DNA of 64,000 nt from Bacilli bacterium (GCA_017511375.1 JAFWKJ010000011.1:4023-68022), one strand, 5' to 3'. Positions 25,524-34,609 are shown, counted from the stretch's first letter. Translations and numbers: made by a program. The notes: a model not told the origin generated them from the letters alone.

Positions 25524-26336
25524 TTAACTCTCCGTCCAAACGGTATTTCTATTAATCCACTCTTTTAATTCATCACTTGAAATTTCAAGTGGTCCTGGTT
25601 CATCTTTCAAACTTTCGTTAGTAGGAACCAAGATTAAAGTCGTATCATAAGTTCTCATATATTCTGCCTTTTTCATCAAAATATAGTATTCTTCTGGTAA
25701 TGCAAATACTACCATAGCTGGCACACGTGCCTCATCTATATTTTGGAACACAGCTCTACCTGAACTATCTTTTACTGCTAATACTTCAATGTTAGAGAAT
25801 AATTTTCCTAACATAATCTTATCAGCATCCTTTGTTAAAGCATTTGGATCATCTTCATCAATCCTATTTACCGCTTTCAAATAAATATCAATATAATTTC
25901 CTGGATAAACCGAATTACCATAAGTAGATTCAGAGTTAACCGCTAAATTATATAACACATATCCCTTAGGATACTGAAGAATGATATTAGCAGGTAATTG
26001 TTCTTTTTCAACAACTGCTCTTTTATAGAACAAGCTTCCTTCAGGAATAACAACATCGGCTGCAGAATATTTATCCACAATCTCACCCATGTTCGTTATA
26101 ACTTCCCCTTCAAGCATTGAAGGAGGAACTTGTCTAGTAGAAATCATTTGTTCCGTAATCTGTACCCCTGCAGGTATTTGTTCCGCAGCATATGGTACAG
26201 TAATAGGATTGATCGAACTCTTTATACGCATTGTATAAGCAAAATATAATACAAAGATGGCAAGCACCACACCTACAACCGTAACTGTATTTTTATTTTG
26301 CATAAATTTACGAAATCCAGTAGCAATATTTCCCAT
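25524..26336 (-). CDS. cpaB: CpaB/RcpC-like pilus assembly protein (N-terminal TM plus SAF-like domain)
   Basis: TM VTVVGVVLAIFVLYFAY, then VPYAAEQIPAGVQITEQMISTRQVP (SAF-like), and PGNYIDIYL further on. AAGGAGG RBS. Confidence 0.65.
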   Translation of the reverse strand: MGNIATGFRKFMQNKNTVTVVGVVLAIFVLYFAYTMRIKSSINPITVPYAAEQIPAGVQITEQMISTRQVPPSMLEGEVITNMGEIVDKYSAADVVIPEGSLFYKRAVVEKEQLPANIILQYPKGYVLYNLAVNSESTYGNSVYPGNYIDIYLKAVNRIDEDDPNALTKDADKIMLGKLFSNIEVLAVKDSSGRAVFQNIDEARVPAMVVFALPEEYYILMKKAEYMRTYDTTLILVPTNESLKDEPGPLEISSDELKEWINRNTVWTES

Positions 26337-26354
26337 TTTTATCCTCCTTATCTT

Positions 26355-26864
26355 TTATACTTCGGCCTCAAGGTCATACAATTTAAGTAGACTCTTGCAC
26401 TCTGTAGAATTCTTATCTTTTAAACCAACTTCAGTTCTTACATCTGATATATAATTGGTCTCTAGAATCGCATCATAGGTAGTAGTAATAACAGCATGTT
26501 CATTCTCTCCTCCACCATCTGTAGCATCAAAACTTAAAGTCGTTAATGAATCTACTTTAACGCTAACCTTAGGTGGTAACTCATTGATATCATAAAAACC
26601 TATTTTATAACTTCTTGTCTCATCTACGTTGGAAGCGAATCGATAAAGAAAGCTTTCAACAAACTTTTCTTTATCGATACGATATAAACCACACGTTGTT
26701 CTAAACATTGGATCAATAGCATCCTGTAAAGAAGCATCTGTAGTCTCTTTTAGCAAATAGTAATCCAATTCACTACCAGTTGCAACATTGTTAATAACAT
26801 TCAACAAATTTAATGCAATCAAAGCAAGTAAAATAATTCCAACAATTAAAATTCCTTTGTTCAT
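26355..26864 (-). CDS. Hypothetical N-terminally anchored protein (169 aa), pilus-associated by context
   Basis: MNKGILIVGIILLALIALNLL anchor. GGAGG RBS. No recognisable family. Confidence 0.45.
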   Translation of the reverse strand: MNKGILIVGIILLALIALNLLNVINNVATGSELDYYLLKETTDASLQDAIDPMFRTTCGLYRIDKEKFVESFLYRFASNVDETRSYKIGFYDINELPPKVSVKVDSLTTLSFDATDGGGENEHAVITTTYDAILETNYISDVRTEVGLKDKNSTECKSLLKLYDLEAEV

Positions 26865-26881
26865 ATATTATCTTCAACCTC

Positions 26882-29800
26882 CTAACCACCGTGAACAGCA
26901 GTATCACAACTATCGCTGCTGTAATTTACCATGTTATTACATTGAACGGCCTTACTCTTCGGATTAGGTGCTTTAACCTGATCAAAGTAACTTCCACGAA
27001 TGACATCACTTGAATATCTAGAAATACCATTCCTATCAATATAGAAGTTTTTGTCATCGAAATCTCCGTAAGATCCAAACTGATTACCTCTATTTCGTAA
27101 TGCTCTTAATCCTTTAGCACCTATAATAAACTGATAATCAAGTTTATCATTATCGTAATATTTTGTTCCTTTATTCTTTGCCTCTTGTTGTACAGCATCA
27201 AGATATTTTTCAGGGTTACTTAGATATCCACTACCTGGATCATCAGGATTAGCATAACGATCGGCATCAACAGTAGCTTCCTTTGTCCAGTTAAATCCAG
27301 CTACCCTACTTTCACCACTTGTTGAACTACCTTCTTTTTTAGGCCCTTCCCCAGAACCAGGGAACATATTTTCAAGGTCAACCGTACGAATGTCATATTC
27401 ATCACCACATGGCCTTGGAACCTTTGTATCTTCATCTTCCCTCTTGTAGGAAGGAGCCGTATTGATTGCATAGAAGCAATCAACATCTATATTCCATCCA
27501 AAGTATCCAAAATCTCTTGTCTCCGCATGAATATTCCATGTGTTAACACTAGATGGATAATATTTAGTAATTGTCGTAGTTGTATCTTGCCTTATACATT
27601 CATTCAATTCATTTGTAGTAGATGTAACAGTAATACCTTCTTGTTTAATATATCTATTAAAGTACTGGTTCCACCACTCAACATTAACTGCTCCTGAGTT
27701 AAGAGGAACACAGTATTTATCCTTAATCTCAACCCATGCCTTTCCACTCTTACCACTTGGATCATATGACAATTCTGCCGTCTTCTTATTTCTCCAAGAT
27801 CCTGGGAATCCCCAAGTAGAACGATATAAGTCTGCAGATGAATCGCCTTCTTTATAACAACCTAATCTTCCTTGTCCTTCACTAGGATAATCTGAGAAGA
27901 TAGTTGTCTTGGCATCAGCAAATGTACCAACAACAGAAGTACCACTTGTATGTTGAATCGTATCTTGTCCATTATATGGGAATTTATACCAGTTAATAGT
28001 TTCTGAATTCTTTGCTCTATAACCAGCACTAATTGTGTATGTAGATTGTGTTGTACTACACTTAGCATGTCCTTCGCATTCTTCGATTGCCTTATCTCGT
28101 TGTCTCATATTAATAATTAAATCCATTTGCGCGTATCCATCATTATAATAAATTGTTCCAGCAGTTGTATTATTTTGTCCCCCATCAGGTATGATATTAC
28201 CATCAGAATCCTTTCTTGGTGTTAAGGATGAAAGTGTACCTAAAGTAGCCTCAGACCTACAATCATTCCACCAACAATTATCATCACAATATCCATTTGG
28301 GAACTCATCAAGATTAGAGTATACATGTCTCCAGAATCCATCTTGTATTCCTGCAGGCAAGATATATTTTCCATTATGATACTTACCATCTGGATTATGT
28401 GTATACCATCTACCTTCAATACCTTTACATTTTGTTTTACAATCAGAATAACCACTACATCCGCAATCAGCAGTACGTGATGTTGTATCTCGAACACCAA
28501 ACCATTCTATACCTTTACTTGTTTTAAAATAACAACCTAAATGTTCTTCATTTGGATCATCATATTCGTCCCCAACACAAACACATTTTGCAAGCTCATC
28601 AGTAACTCCAGGATACTTACCTTGTACTTTGCTCATACAGTCACGCATATCGTCATCACTCATAATTGTAGTCCTTTTTGAAAGTTTATCAGCAGCCAAT
28701 TCCAAAAGCTCTGCATTGATTTGTGCACCTGCTACAGCATTAGAACCATACACTTCTTTATAACACTTTTGAGAACACTTTTTAGAATAAGCACCTCCAT
28801 CACAAGTATTAATACAGCTATCGTATTCATCACTTGGACCACCTTGACGCCATGATCTTCCATATCCATAACACTCTGGAACAGGATCACAATAACGACA
28901 ACTTGCGCTTCCATCTTTTATAACTTTAGATTCTTCAATATTGGTCTGTTCTCCAGTACCAGTTTCGGTAGAAGTACCTTCCACAACTTCATGAGTGGTT
29001 TTATCCACATATCCCGTTTCAATGTGGATTCTTGAACTCTTAGTATATGGATACGGCAAAGCTGGAGGTTGCTGCATTTCACAATTGACACGGCTAGTAA
29101 CACGTACTTTATATTCAAAGCATGCGCCCGCTTTTGTTGCAATAGGAGGTCCATATTCAACCTCAACCGCTTCTGAACATTTCATAACGCATGAAATAGT
29201 AGCACCATCTTTTGCAGGTTGCCCTTGATCAACATTGTATTGATATTTACCTTTGTTAATTACAAAAGTGTGTTCTGCATATAATTGTTGATTATTAGTA
29301 AAATAAGCATCCCCTTTAGCCGTTTCCATACTACCAACACTTGGCAATACTTTATCCCCTAAAGAAGAATCACCAAGACTGTAATTACACTTAAATGTGT
29401 TAATAGTTGAATCAGATAACGTTCCGCTTGCGCCAATTTCTGAATCTTTATAAACTACTTTTTCTTCTTCATTACTAACTGTATCAACACTAGAGCACTT
29501 AGTTGGATCCGTACAAGTAGTTGGATCGGTTGTTGAAATCTTAACCCAAGAAGAAACACGCTCTGTTTTTGAATTCTCATGTTGATAAGCAGCAGATTTT
29601 ACTCTACAAAACTCTCTTGCAAATCCTTCAGGCATATCTTCCCATTTCTCAGACTCACAATCTATTTTTTTAGTACTACTTGCTCCTGTAGCTGTAGAAG
29701 CGACAGTAGGACAGTCCTTTGTTTCATAGTATTCCTTAGCTTGTCCTTTAGATGATTCAAGTCTAATTTTAATAGAATCATAATAACAAGGATGTTGATT

Positions 29801-30319
29801 ACCATCTTCAAGCAAATTTAGATTCAAGCCAACATCTTCAGCTCGTAAAATAACCGTTATACCTGTTAATCCAGTTGGAGTGTCTTCATCAGTAATACCT
29901 TCAGAAAGTACAACAGAACTATGATCACAAGATAATATATGATCATCCGAATTATCATACTTTACTTTATTAACTTTTAATATTTGAAAAGTTTGTTTGC
30001 AATACTTCGAGTCAGGATCTTTTACTTGCATCGTAACCACAAATTGTCCAGACGCATTTCTTTCCAACTGCAAATCATATTTATTTTCTATGACCTGAGT
30101 AATATTGGGCAACTCAACATCTGAAGGTTTTGGACACTTACACTTTTTTGTCTCTGCATCGCAGGTGCTTTTCGTTCCACAAGAGTCTTCTGCCTCTGGA
30201 TCTTTTTGGTCTGGATTACACTTTTTTGCCGCAAAAACAGATGTTGTTGGAACAAACAAGAAAGCAAGCACTAATAAAACAAATACAACCCCATATATTT
30301 TTTTATTCTTCATTTTCAT
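26882..30319 (-). CDS. Very large secreted Cys-rich protein (1145 aa), candidate tip or adhesin component
   Basis: Sec signal peptide ending SVFA/AKK. About 45 Cys by my hand count. No C-terminal sorting signal and no TM besides the signal peptide. Confidence 0.7.
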   Translation of the reverse strand: MKMKNKKIYGVVFVLLVLAFLFVPTTSVFAAKKCNPDQKDPEAEDSCGTKSTCDAETKKCKCPKPSDVELPNITQVIENKYDLQLERNASGQFVVTMQVKDPDSKYCKQTFQILKVNKVKYDNSDDHILSCDHSSVVLSEGITDEDTPTGLTGITVILRAEDVGLNLNLLEDGNQHPCYYDSIKIRLESSKGQAKEYYETKDCPTVASTATGASSTKKIDCESEKWEDMPEGFAREFCRVKSAAYQHENSKTERVSSWVKISTTDPTTCTDPTKCSSVDTVSNEEEKVVYKDSEIGASGTLSDSTINTFKCNYSLGDSSLGDKVLPSVGSMETAKGDAYFTNNQQLYAEHTFVINKGKYQYNVDQGQPAKDGATISCVMKCSEAVEVEYGPPIATKAGACFEYKVRVTSRVNCEMQQPPALPYPYTKSSRIHIETGYVDKTTHEVVEGTSTETGTGEQTNIEESKVIKDGSASCRYCDPVPECYGYGRSWRQGGPSDEYDSCINTCDGGAYSKKCSQKCYKEVYGSNAVAGAQINAELLELAADKLSKRTTIMSDDDMRDCMSKVQGKYPGVTDELAKCVCVGDEYDDPNEEHLGCYFKTSKGIEWFGVRDTTSRTADCGCSGYSDCKTKCKGIEGRWYTHNPDGKYHNGKYILPAGIQDGFWRHVYSNLDEFPNGYCDDNCWWNDCRSEATLGTLSSLTPRKDSDGNIIPDGGQNNTTAGTIYYNDGYAQMDLIINMRQRDKAIEECEGHAKCSTTQSTYTISAGYRAKNSETINWYKFPYNGQDTIQHTSGTSVVGTFADAKTTIFSDYPSEGQGRLGCYKEGDSSADLYRSTWGFPGSWRNKKTAELSYDPSGKSGKAWVEIKDKYCVPLNSGAVNVEWWNQYFNRYIKQEGITVTSTTNELNECIRQDTTTTITKYYPSSVNTWNIHAETRDFGYFGWNIDVDCFYAINTAPSYKREDEDTKVPRPCGDEYDIRTVDLENMFPGSGEGPKKEGSSTSGESRVAGFNWTKEATVDADRYANPDDPGSGYLSNPEKYLDAVQQEAKNKGTKYYDNDKLDYQFIIGAKGLRALRNRGNQFGSYGDFDDKNFYIDRNGISRYSSDVIRGSYFDQVKAPNPKSKAVQCNNMVNYSSDSCDTAVHGG

Positions 30320-31124
30320 CAGCTCCTTTCAACCTTTCGGCAATTTTTTCATAATTTTTATTTCTATATACCTTAGCCAATTTAACTGGTTCCTCGTCTC
30401 CTACCAAACGACCAGTAACAATCAAATCATAACTTTTTCCATCTCCAAAGAATCTAGAACATGTCACAACAGATAATATCTTGTCATCTTTCTTATATTT
30501 TGTTGAAAAGTCATAAATTGTTTCTTCCATAATTCTTTCTATATAAGAATTGGTAGCAGTTTGACTCCAATTTCCATGAGGATAATTATCTAAGTCTTTA
30601 TAATACATAAAGTTTACTGCAAATACTTGATATAGATAATCTTTTCCATCAATAGATAATTGAATGAATTGATTTTCCTTAGCAAAATCATAGTACACAA
30701 AATTCATCAACTCTTCCATTCGAACGAAATCATCACCATGTGCTTCAGGAGGAGCACCCAAATTCATCACGTTGTGTCCATACACAAGCATTGTACTATG
30801 AAATTCACTATCTAAGTTTAATGACCATAAGTAGGACTTGGTAACAGGATAATCATATCCAGTACTCAACAAACCATACAACGGATAGTCAATGTTAGTT
30901 CCTTGAACCCTAACCCATCCAATGGTTTCAAAATCCTTTCCATCACTCTTTTTTGATTTTTCAATATTCTCTTTTCTTGATACAACCTTATAATCACCAC
31001 TATAACCAAACATTTGAAAAATCATCAAAATGCCCAGCAATAGCATCAATGCAACTAATGATGCAATCAATATGACGTTGTATCGTTTGAGTTTCATACT
31101 CAATTTCTTTTTTCTACCACTCAT
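30303..31124 (-). CDS. Sortase-family (class B-like) transpeptidase
   Basis: N-terminal TM. IGWVRVQGTNIDYPLY, VYGHNV (catalytic His), ILSVVTCSRF (TxC catalytic Cys) and a downstream Arg (IVTGRL). Its 3' end overlaps the next ORF by 17 nt. Confidence 0.65.
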   Translation of the reverse strand: MSGRKKKLSMKLKRYNVILIASLVALMLLLGILMIFQMFGYSGDYKVVSRKENIEKSKKSDGKDFETIGWVRVQGTNIDYPLYGLLSTGYDYPVTKSYLWSLNLDSEFHSTMLVYGHNVMNLGAPPEAHGDDFVRMEELMNFVYYDFAKENQFIQLSIDGKDYLYQVFAVNFMYYKDLDNYPHGNWSQTATNSYIERIMEETIYDFSTKYKKDDKILSVVTCSRFFGDGKSYDLIVTGRLVGDEEPVKLAKVYRNKNYEKIAERLKGADENEE

Positions 31125-31138
31125 CCTACCAATCCTTT

Positions 31139-32947
31139 CTATTTCAATTTATAAGGGGAATCAGCCGTACCAGAACCATTACTAATAACAGTTCCTTTTT
31201 TAATATAAGCAACGGCTCTAACACCAGCGGTTGTATAATTTGGAAATGGCGTTTCATTTATTGGAGTACCTAAATTAGTAATCGCCCCACCAACTCTTTT
31301 CTTACTAGTTGAAGAATTAATAACCCAATATGATTGCATATCTCCATATCTCACTAATGTTTGTGCACTAAACATGTCATACATATTAGGCGGAGATAAT
31401 TTTACTTTATAAGTATTCGTTTTCTTTTCTTCTCCGTAAGTAATCTTGCCACTATACACAGGAGCTTTCACTTCATGTGCTACAAAGTAAGAAGTATCAA
31501 TATATTGACTAGCTTTATTATTGATATAATATCCATAATTTTCTTTATCTTTAGGATCGTAAATAAATGTTGCACTATTTGGATTAGAATATGTTTGAGG
31601 TTTATCTTGTCTATTTCCAATTGTTTCAACGGAAATCACTTTTGTCGTTCCATCCTCAAGCGTATCAATAATTCTCCAAGGCGTTCCACCAATAACAACA
31701 TATTCTCCGATATAGCGTTCGTTTAATAAGGTTCCACCTTTAGCTTTCTTTGTCTCACCAAATACATATGGATTTTCTAAAGAACCATCCCCATCTGTTA
31801 CCAAAGCATCCCCACGAATCACAATCTTAGGACGAATTCCATAATTTGAATTCACACTGTAAGACAAGAAATCTTTACCCGCTTGATTATAGAAGAAAGA
31901 CACCCTTGTAACATATGCTTTATTATCACTTTCACTATTTCCAACCCAAGAAATAGTACGTGGTTTCATATAATTAAAACCATTCCCTTGCGCTCTATTA
32001 ACATCAATGACAGAAGGAATATAAGCATATCTTTTATCTGTATAAGAAGTACATTGTGTTGTATTTAAATCTTGCTTATCAATTCTCATATTACAAAACT
32101 TGCTTTCTACAAGCATTTTCTTTGCTTCCTCTGTAAAACTTGGAATATAGACTTCATCTAACCATTTTTCTATTTTTGTAAAATTAACATTATCAACATC
32201 TTCTTCTGCTACTAAAATGACATTATCTTTTTCATCAAGTCCAAAGATTCTAAAATACATATAAGAAAGACGAACATAATTATTGCTAGCATCTCCTACA
32301 TAATTTTTAATCTCTTTCAAATCATTTTTGACGATACCACTTAAAACTTTAATAACGTTAACCGTTCTAGTAACCGTTGTCTTATTTCCAAATCCATCAG
32401 AAATAGAATAAGTAATTTCATAAGATCCCACTTTATTTGTGTCAACTTCTCCTTTAATGGTTACATCTTTAGGATCTAATTTTCCATCTTTATCATCCAC
32501 AACACTACTAACACCAGGTTCTTTATATTTTTCCCCATAGTTAACAGTCATTTCCTCTTTTCCATTTAATTTGATTTGAGGTCCTTTATGATCAACTTGA
32601 GAAGTTATCAAACCACAGTCTAGATAAACATAATACCTATACGCACCATTTTCACGTCTAACTTTTACCCAACTTTTTTCTAAAGAACATAGTTTTTTAG
32701 AGTTAGGAACCTTAAAATCTTCTTTCAAATAAGATTGCTTATATAACGTGTTTAAAGAAAGAGTTTTGACTCTTTCTCCTGTAGGTAATTTATCTGGATT
32801 TAACTCATAGTAACGTCTAGCAGCATCTTCTAACACTTGTTCATTATGTCTAAAAGTTAGCATAGGAGAAATCACTAAGAACCATACAAACAAGCCAACA
32901 ATCGCAAGTACAACAATAATTTTAATACCGCCATATTTCTTTTGCAT
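31139..32947 (-). CDS. Membrane-anchored surface protein: pilin-head-like module, Ig-like domain and two beta-rich modules
   Basis: N-terminal MQKKYGGIKIIVVLAIVGLFVWFLVI. Pilin-head motif ARRYYELNPDKLPTGERVK...C...SWVKV...YRYYVYLDCG. Ig-like segment GPQIKLNGKEEMTVNYGEKYKEPGVSSVVDDKDG...ISDGFGNKTTVTRTVNV. Two modules end GDGSLENPYVFGE and GSGTADSPYKLK. Confidence 0.6.
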   Translation of the reverse strand: MQKKYGGIKIIVVLAIVGLFVWFLVISPMLTFRHNEQVLEDAARRYYELNPDKLPTGERVKTLSLNTLYKQSYLKEDFKVPNSKKLCSLEKSWVKVRRENGAYRYYVYLDCGLITSQVDHKGPQIKLNGKEEMTVNYGEKYKEPGVSSVVDDKDGKLDPKDVTIKGEVDTNKVGSYEITYSISDGFGNKTTVTRTVNVIKVLSGIVKNDLKEIKNYVGDASNNYVRLSYMYFRIFGLDEKDNVILVAEEDVDNVNFTKIEKWLDEVYIPSFTEEAKKMLVESKFCNMRIDKQDLNTTQCTSYTDKRYAYIPSVIDVNRAQGNGFNYMKPRTISWVGNSESDNKAYVTRVSFFYNQAGKDFLSYSVNSNYGIRPKIVIRGDALVTDGDGSLENPYVFGETKKAKGGTLLNERYIGEYVVIGGTPWRIIDTLEDGTTKVISVETIGNRQDKPQTYSNPNSATFIYDPKDKENYGYYINNKASQYIDTSYFVAHEVKAPVYSGKITYGEEKKTNTYKVKLSPPNMYDMFSAQTLVRYGDMQSYWVINSSTSKKRVGGAITNLGTPINETPFPNYTTAGVRAVAYIKKGTVISNGSGTADSPYKLK

Positions 32948-32955
32948 AAGTCCTC

Positions 32956-34509
32956 CTATGATAGTTTATAACTATAATCTTTATTACGAACCGTAATCTC
33001 TAAACGTATATTTTTATTTTGATCAAAATCCTCTGGAACCTTTAAGTAAATCGTCTTTCCAAAATAAGATCTTGTAACAGCAAATTTGATATCCAAAGAC
33101 TTCTCTTTACCATTACTATCTTTATAATTAATTCTACCATACTTCGATAAAAAGTCAATCATGTTTTTGGCTTCATAAGACTCTGAAGAGAAGACAATTT
33201 CCATGACTTTATAGTTCTTTGGAGCAATATAAGTATGGTCTTGCAATTCACACCCTTCAGAAGTACATTTATTGATTTTATAATCAATAGATTTACTATA
33301 ATGAACCTCTTCTATACTAATAGAATCCTCTTTCCCATATAGAGGAACATCAAAATACTCTCCTAATTTTAATTTTTTTGTCTTTTCAACCTTTCGTATA
33401 TCTTTAATCTTAAGTTTAATTTTTCTTAATTTAAAAATGCCACCCTTTTCCTGAAAATACAAAACAAATTTTCCTTTTCGTATTTTTTTATTAACTTTAT
33501 AAATCAAAATGAAAGTACCTTCTTCATCTCTTTTCATCTCTTTCACTTTACTATAGCATTTTCCTAAATCCTCAAATTCTTTCGCATACGTTGTCTCAGT
33601 TGTCTCATAAACTCTAGAACCTGCATGCAAATGGAAATTATTAATATTAAGATTCCTTGGGGCACTACTATTTTTAACAGAAACTTCCACAATTACAAAA
33701 TTACTATCTTTGGAAATAACTTCTCCTTTAACATCCTTATCCGTATAATACGAATTAGTAACTTTAAAGACATACCCATTAGCTTTATAAGTTTGTCCTT
33801 GTTTATAGGTCCTATTCGTAACAAAAATAAAGACATACGAATTATATAAGAACATAACAATCAGAACACCAATAATCGTTTTACTAATAATCTTATGTTC
33901 ATTATAAAAGTATCCAATATTACGAATCAGTTTTTTCCATATACGTTTAACTGTATTAAAATCAAAATCAATACTAATTTCAATTTCTTCTCGATCTTCT
34001 TCACTTAAATCAAGCATCTCTAAATCAGAATTAAAATCAAACTTTTTAATATCTAATCCAAAAATACGCATGACATAAACTCCCAAAGCAGGAAGTTGTC
34101 CCAACATAACCATCAATAATAAGTCTCTAGCAAAACGCAAATCTGTTGGATCTATCGTTTCTTTATAATCAGCAAAGAAACTTCTAATCATGCTTAATAT
34201 TAAAAATAAAGCAACATAAGTAATGGTAGGAATCAAATAAGTCTTCCAAGGTTTCTTTTTATGTAATAACAAGAACAATAAAGAAGCACTTCCTACAATC
34301 ATAAAGAAAGCGCAAAACATAACCAAAGAAGAAATATGTTTAGAGACAGGGTTTGCATATAAATCATAAATACCTTCACGCATATATGTATTAACAAACC
34401 TAGAAATATCAATCGTTCTATATATTAAGAACAAACCAACTATCAATAATGCAATATGTATCTTACGAAAGTTCTTAATCAAGAACGCATAAGGCTTACG
34501 TATAATCAT
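32956..34509 (-). CDS. Polytopic membrane protein with a C-terminal extracytoplasmic beta-sandwich (DUF4352-like) region; first gene of the array
   Basis: Start set to the ATG at 34509, about 10 nt after an AGGGGAG RBS. About 5 TMs in the N-terminal region. Later segment YVFKVTNSYYTDKDVKGEVISKDSNFVIVEVSVKNSS. Confidence 0.55.
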   Translation of the reverse strand: MIIRKPYAFLIKNFRKIHIALLIVGLFLIYRTIDISRFVNTYMREGIYDLYANPVSKHISSLVMFCAFFMIVGSASLLFLLLHKKKPWKTYLIPTITYVALFLILSMIRSFFADYKETIDPTDLRFARDLLLMVMLGQLPALGVYVMRIFGLDIKKFDFNSDLEMLDLSEEDREEIEISIDFDFNTVKRIWKKLIRNIGYFYNEHKIISKTIIGVLIVMFLYNSYVFIFVTNRTYKQGQTYKANGYVFKVTNSYYTDKDVKGEVISKDSNFVIVEVSVKNSSAPRNLNINNFHLHAGSRVYETTETTYAKEFEDLGKCYSKVKEMKRDEEGTFILIYKVNKKIRKGKFVLYFQEKGGIFKLRKIKLKIKDIRKVEKTKKLKLGEYFDVPLYGKEDSISIEEVHYSKSIDYKINKCTSEGCELQDHTYIAPKNYKVMEIVFSSESYEAKNMIDFLSKYGRINYKDSNGKEKSLDIKFAVTRSYFGKTIYLKVPEDFDQNKNIRLEITVRNKDYSYKLS

Positions 34510-34577
34510 AAAGTACACACTCCCCTATTATCATCATATTCAGTATACCTTATTTAGGAAAAAATAGGAAGAGAAAA

Positions 34578-34606
34578 TAAAAAAATGATAGAAGTTTTTC
34601 TATCAT
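34578..34606 (-). terminator. Second of two tandem terminators downstream of greA
   Basis: Perfect 9-bp inverted repeat ATGATAGAA/TTCTATCAT (34585-34593 and 34598-34606), followed on the minus strand by a T run. Confidence 0.55.
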
Positions 34607-34609
34607 TTA

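Noticed and set aside
29850-29900. Internal TPTG sequence (DEDTPTGLTG) in the 1145-aa protein as a possible sortase motif
   Set aside because: It lies near the N-terminal fifth of the protein and is not followed by a hydrophobic segment or a basic tail, so it does not qualify as a sorting signal.
8075-30476. Plus-strand and off-frame ORFs inside the big array (for example 8075-8374, 8632-8904, 13192-13784, 16632-17009, 16652-16924, 17274-17510, 24198-24461, 28191-29228, 30105-30476)
   Set aside because: These are antisense or alternative-frame shadows of well-supported minus-strand genes. They have biased S/L/F/I composition, no RBS and no motifs.
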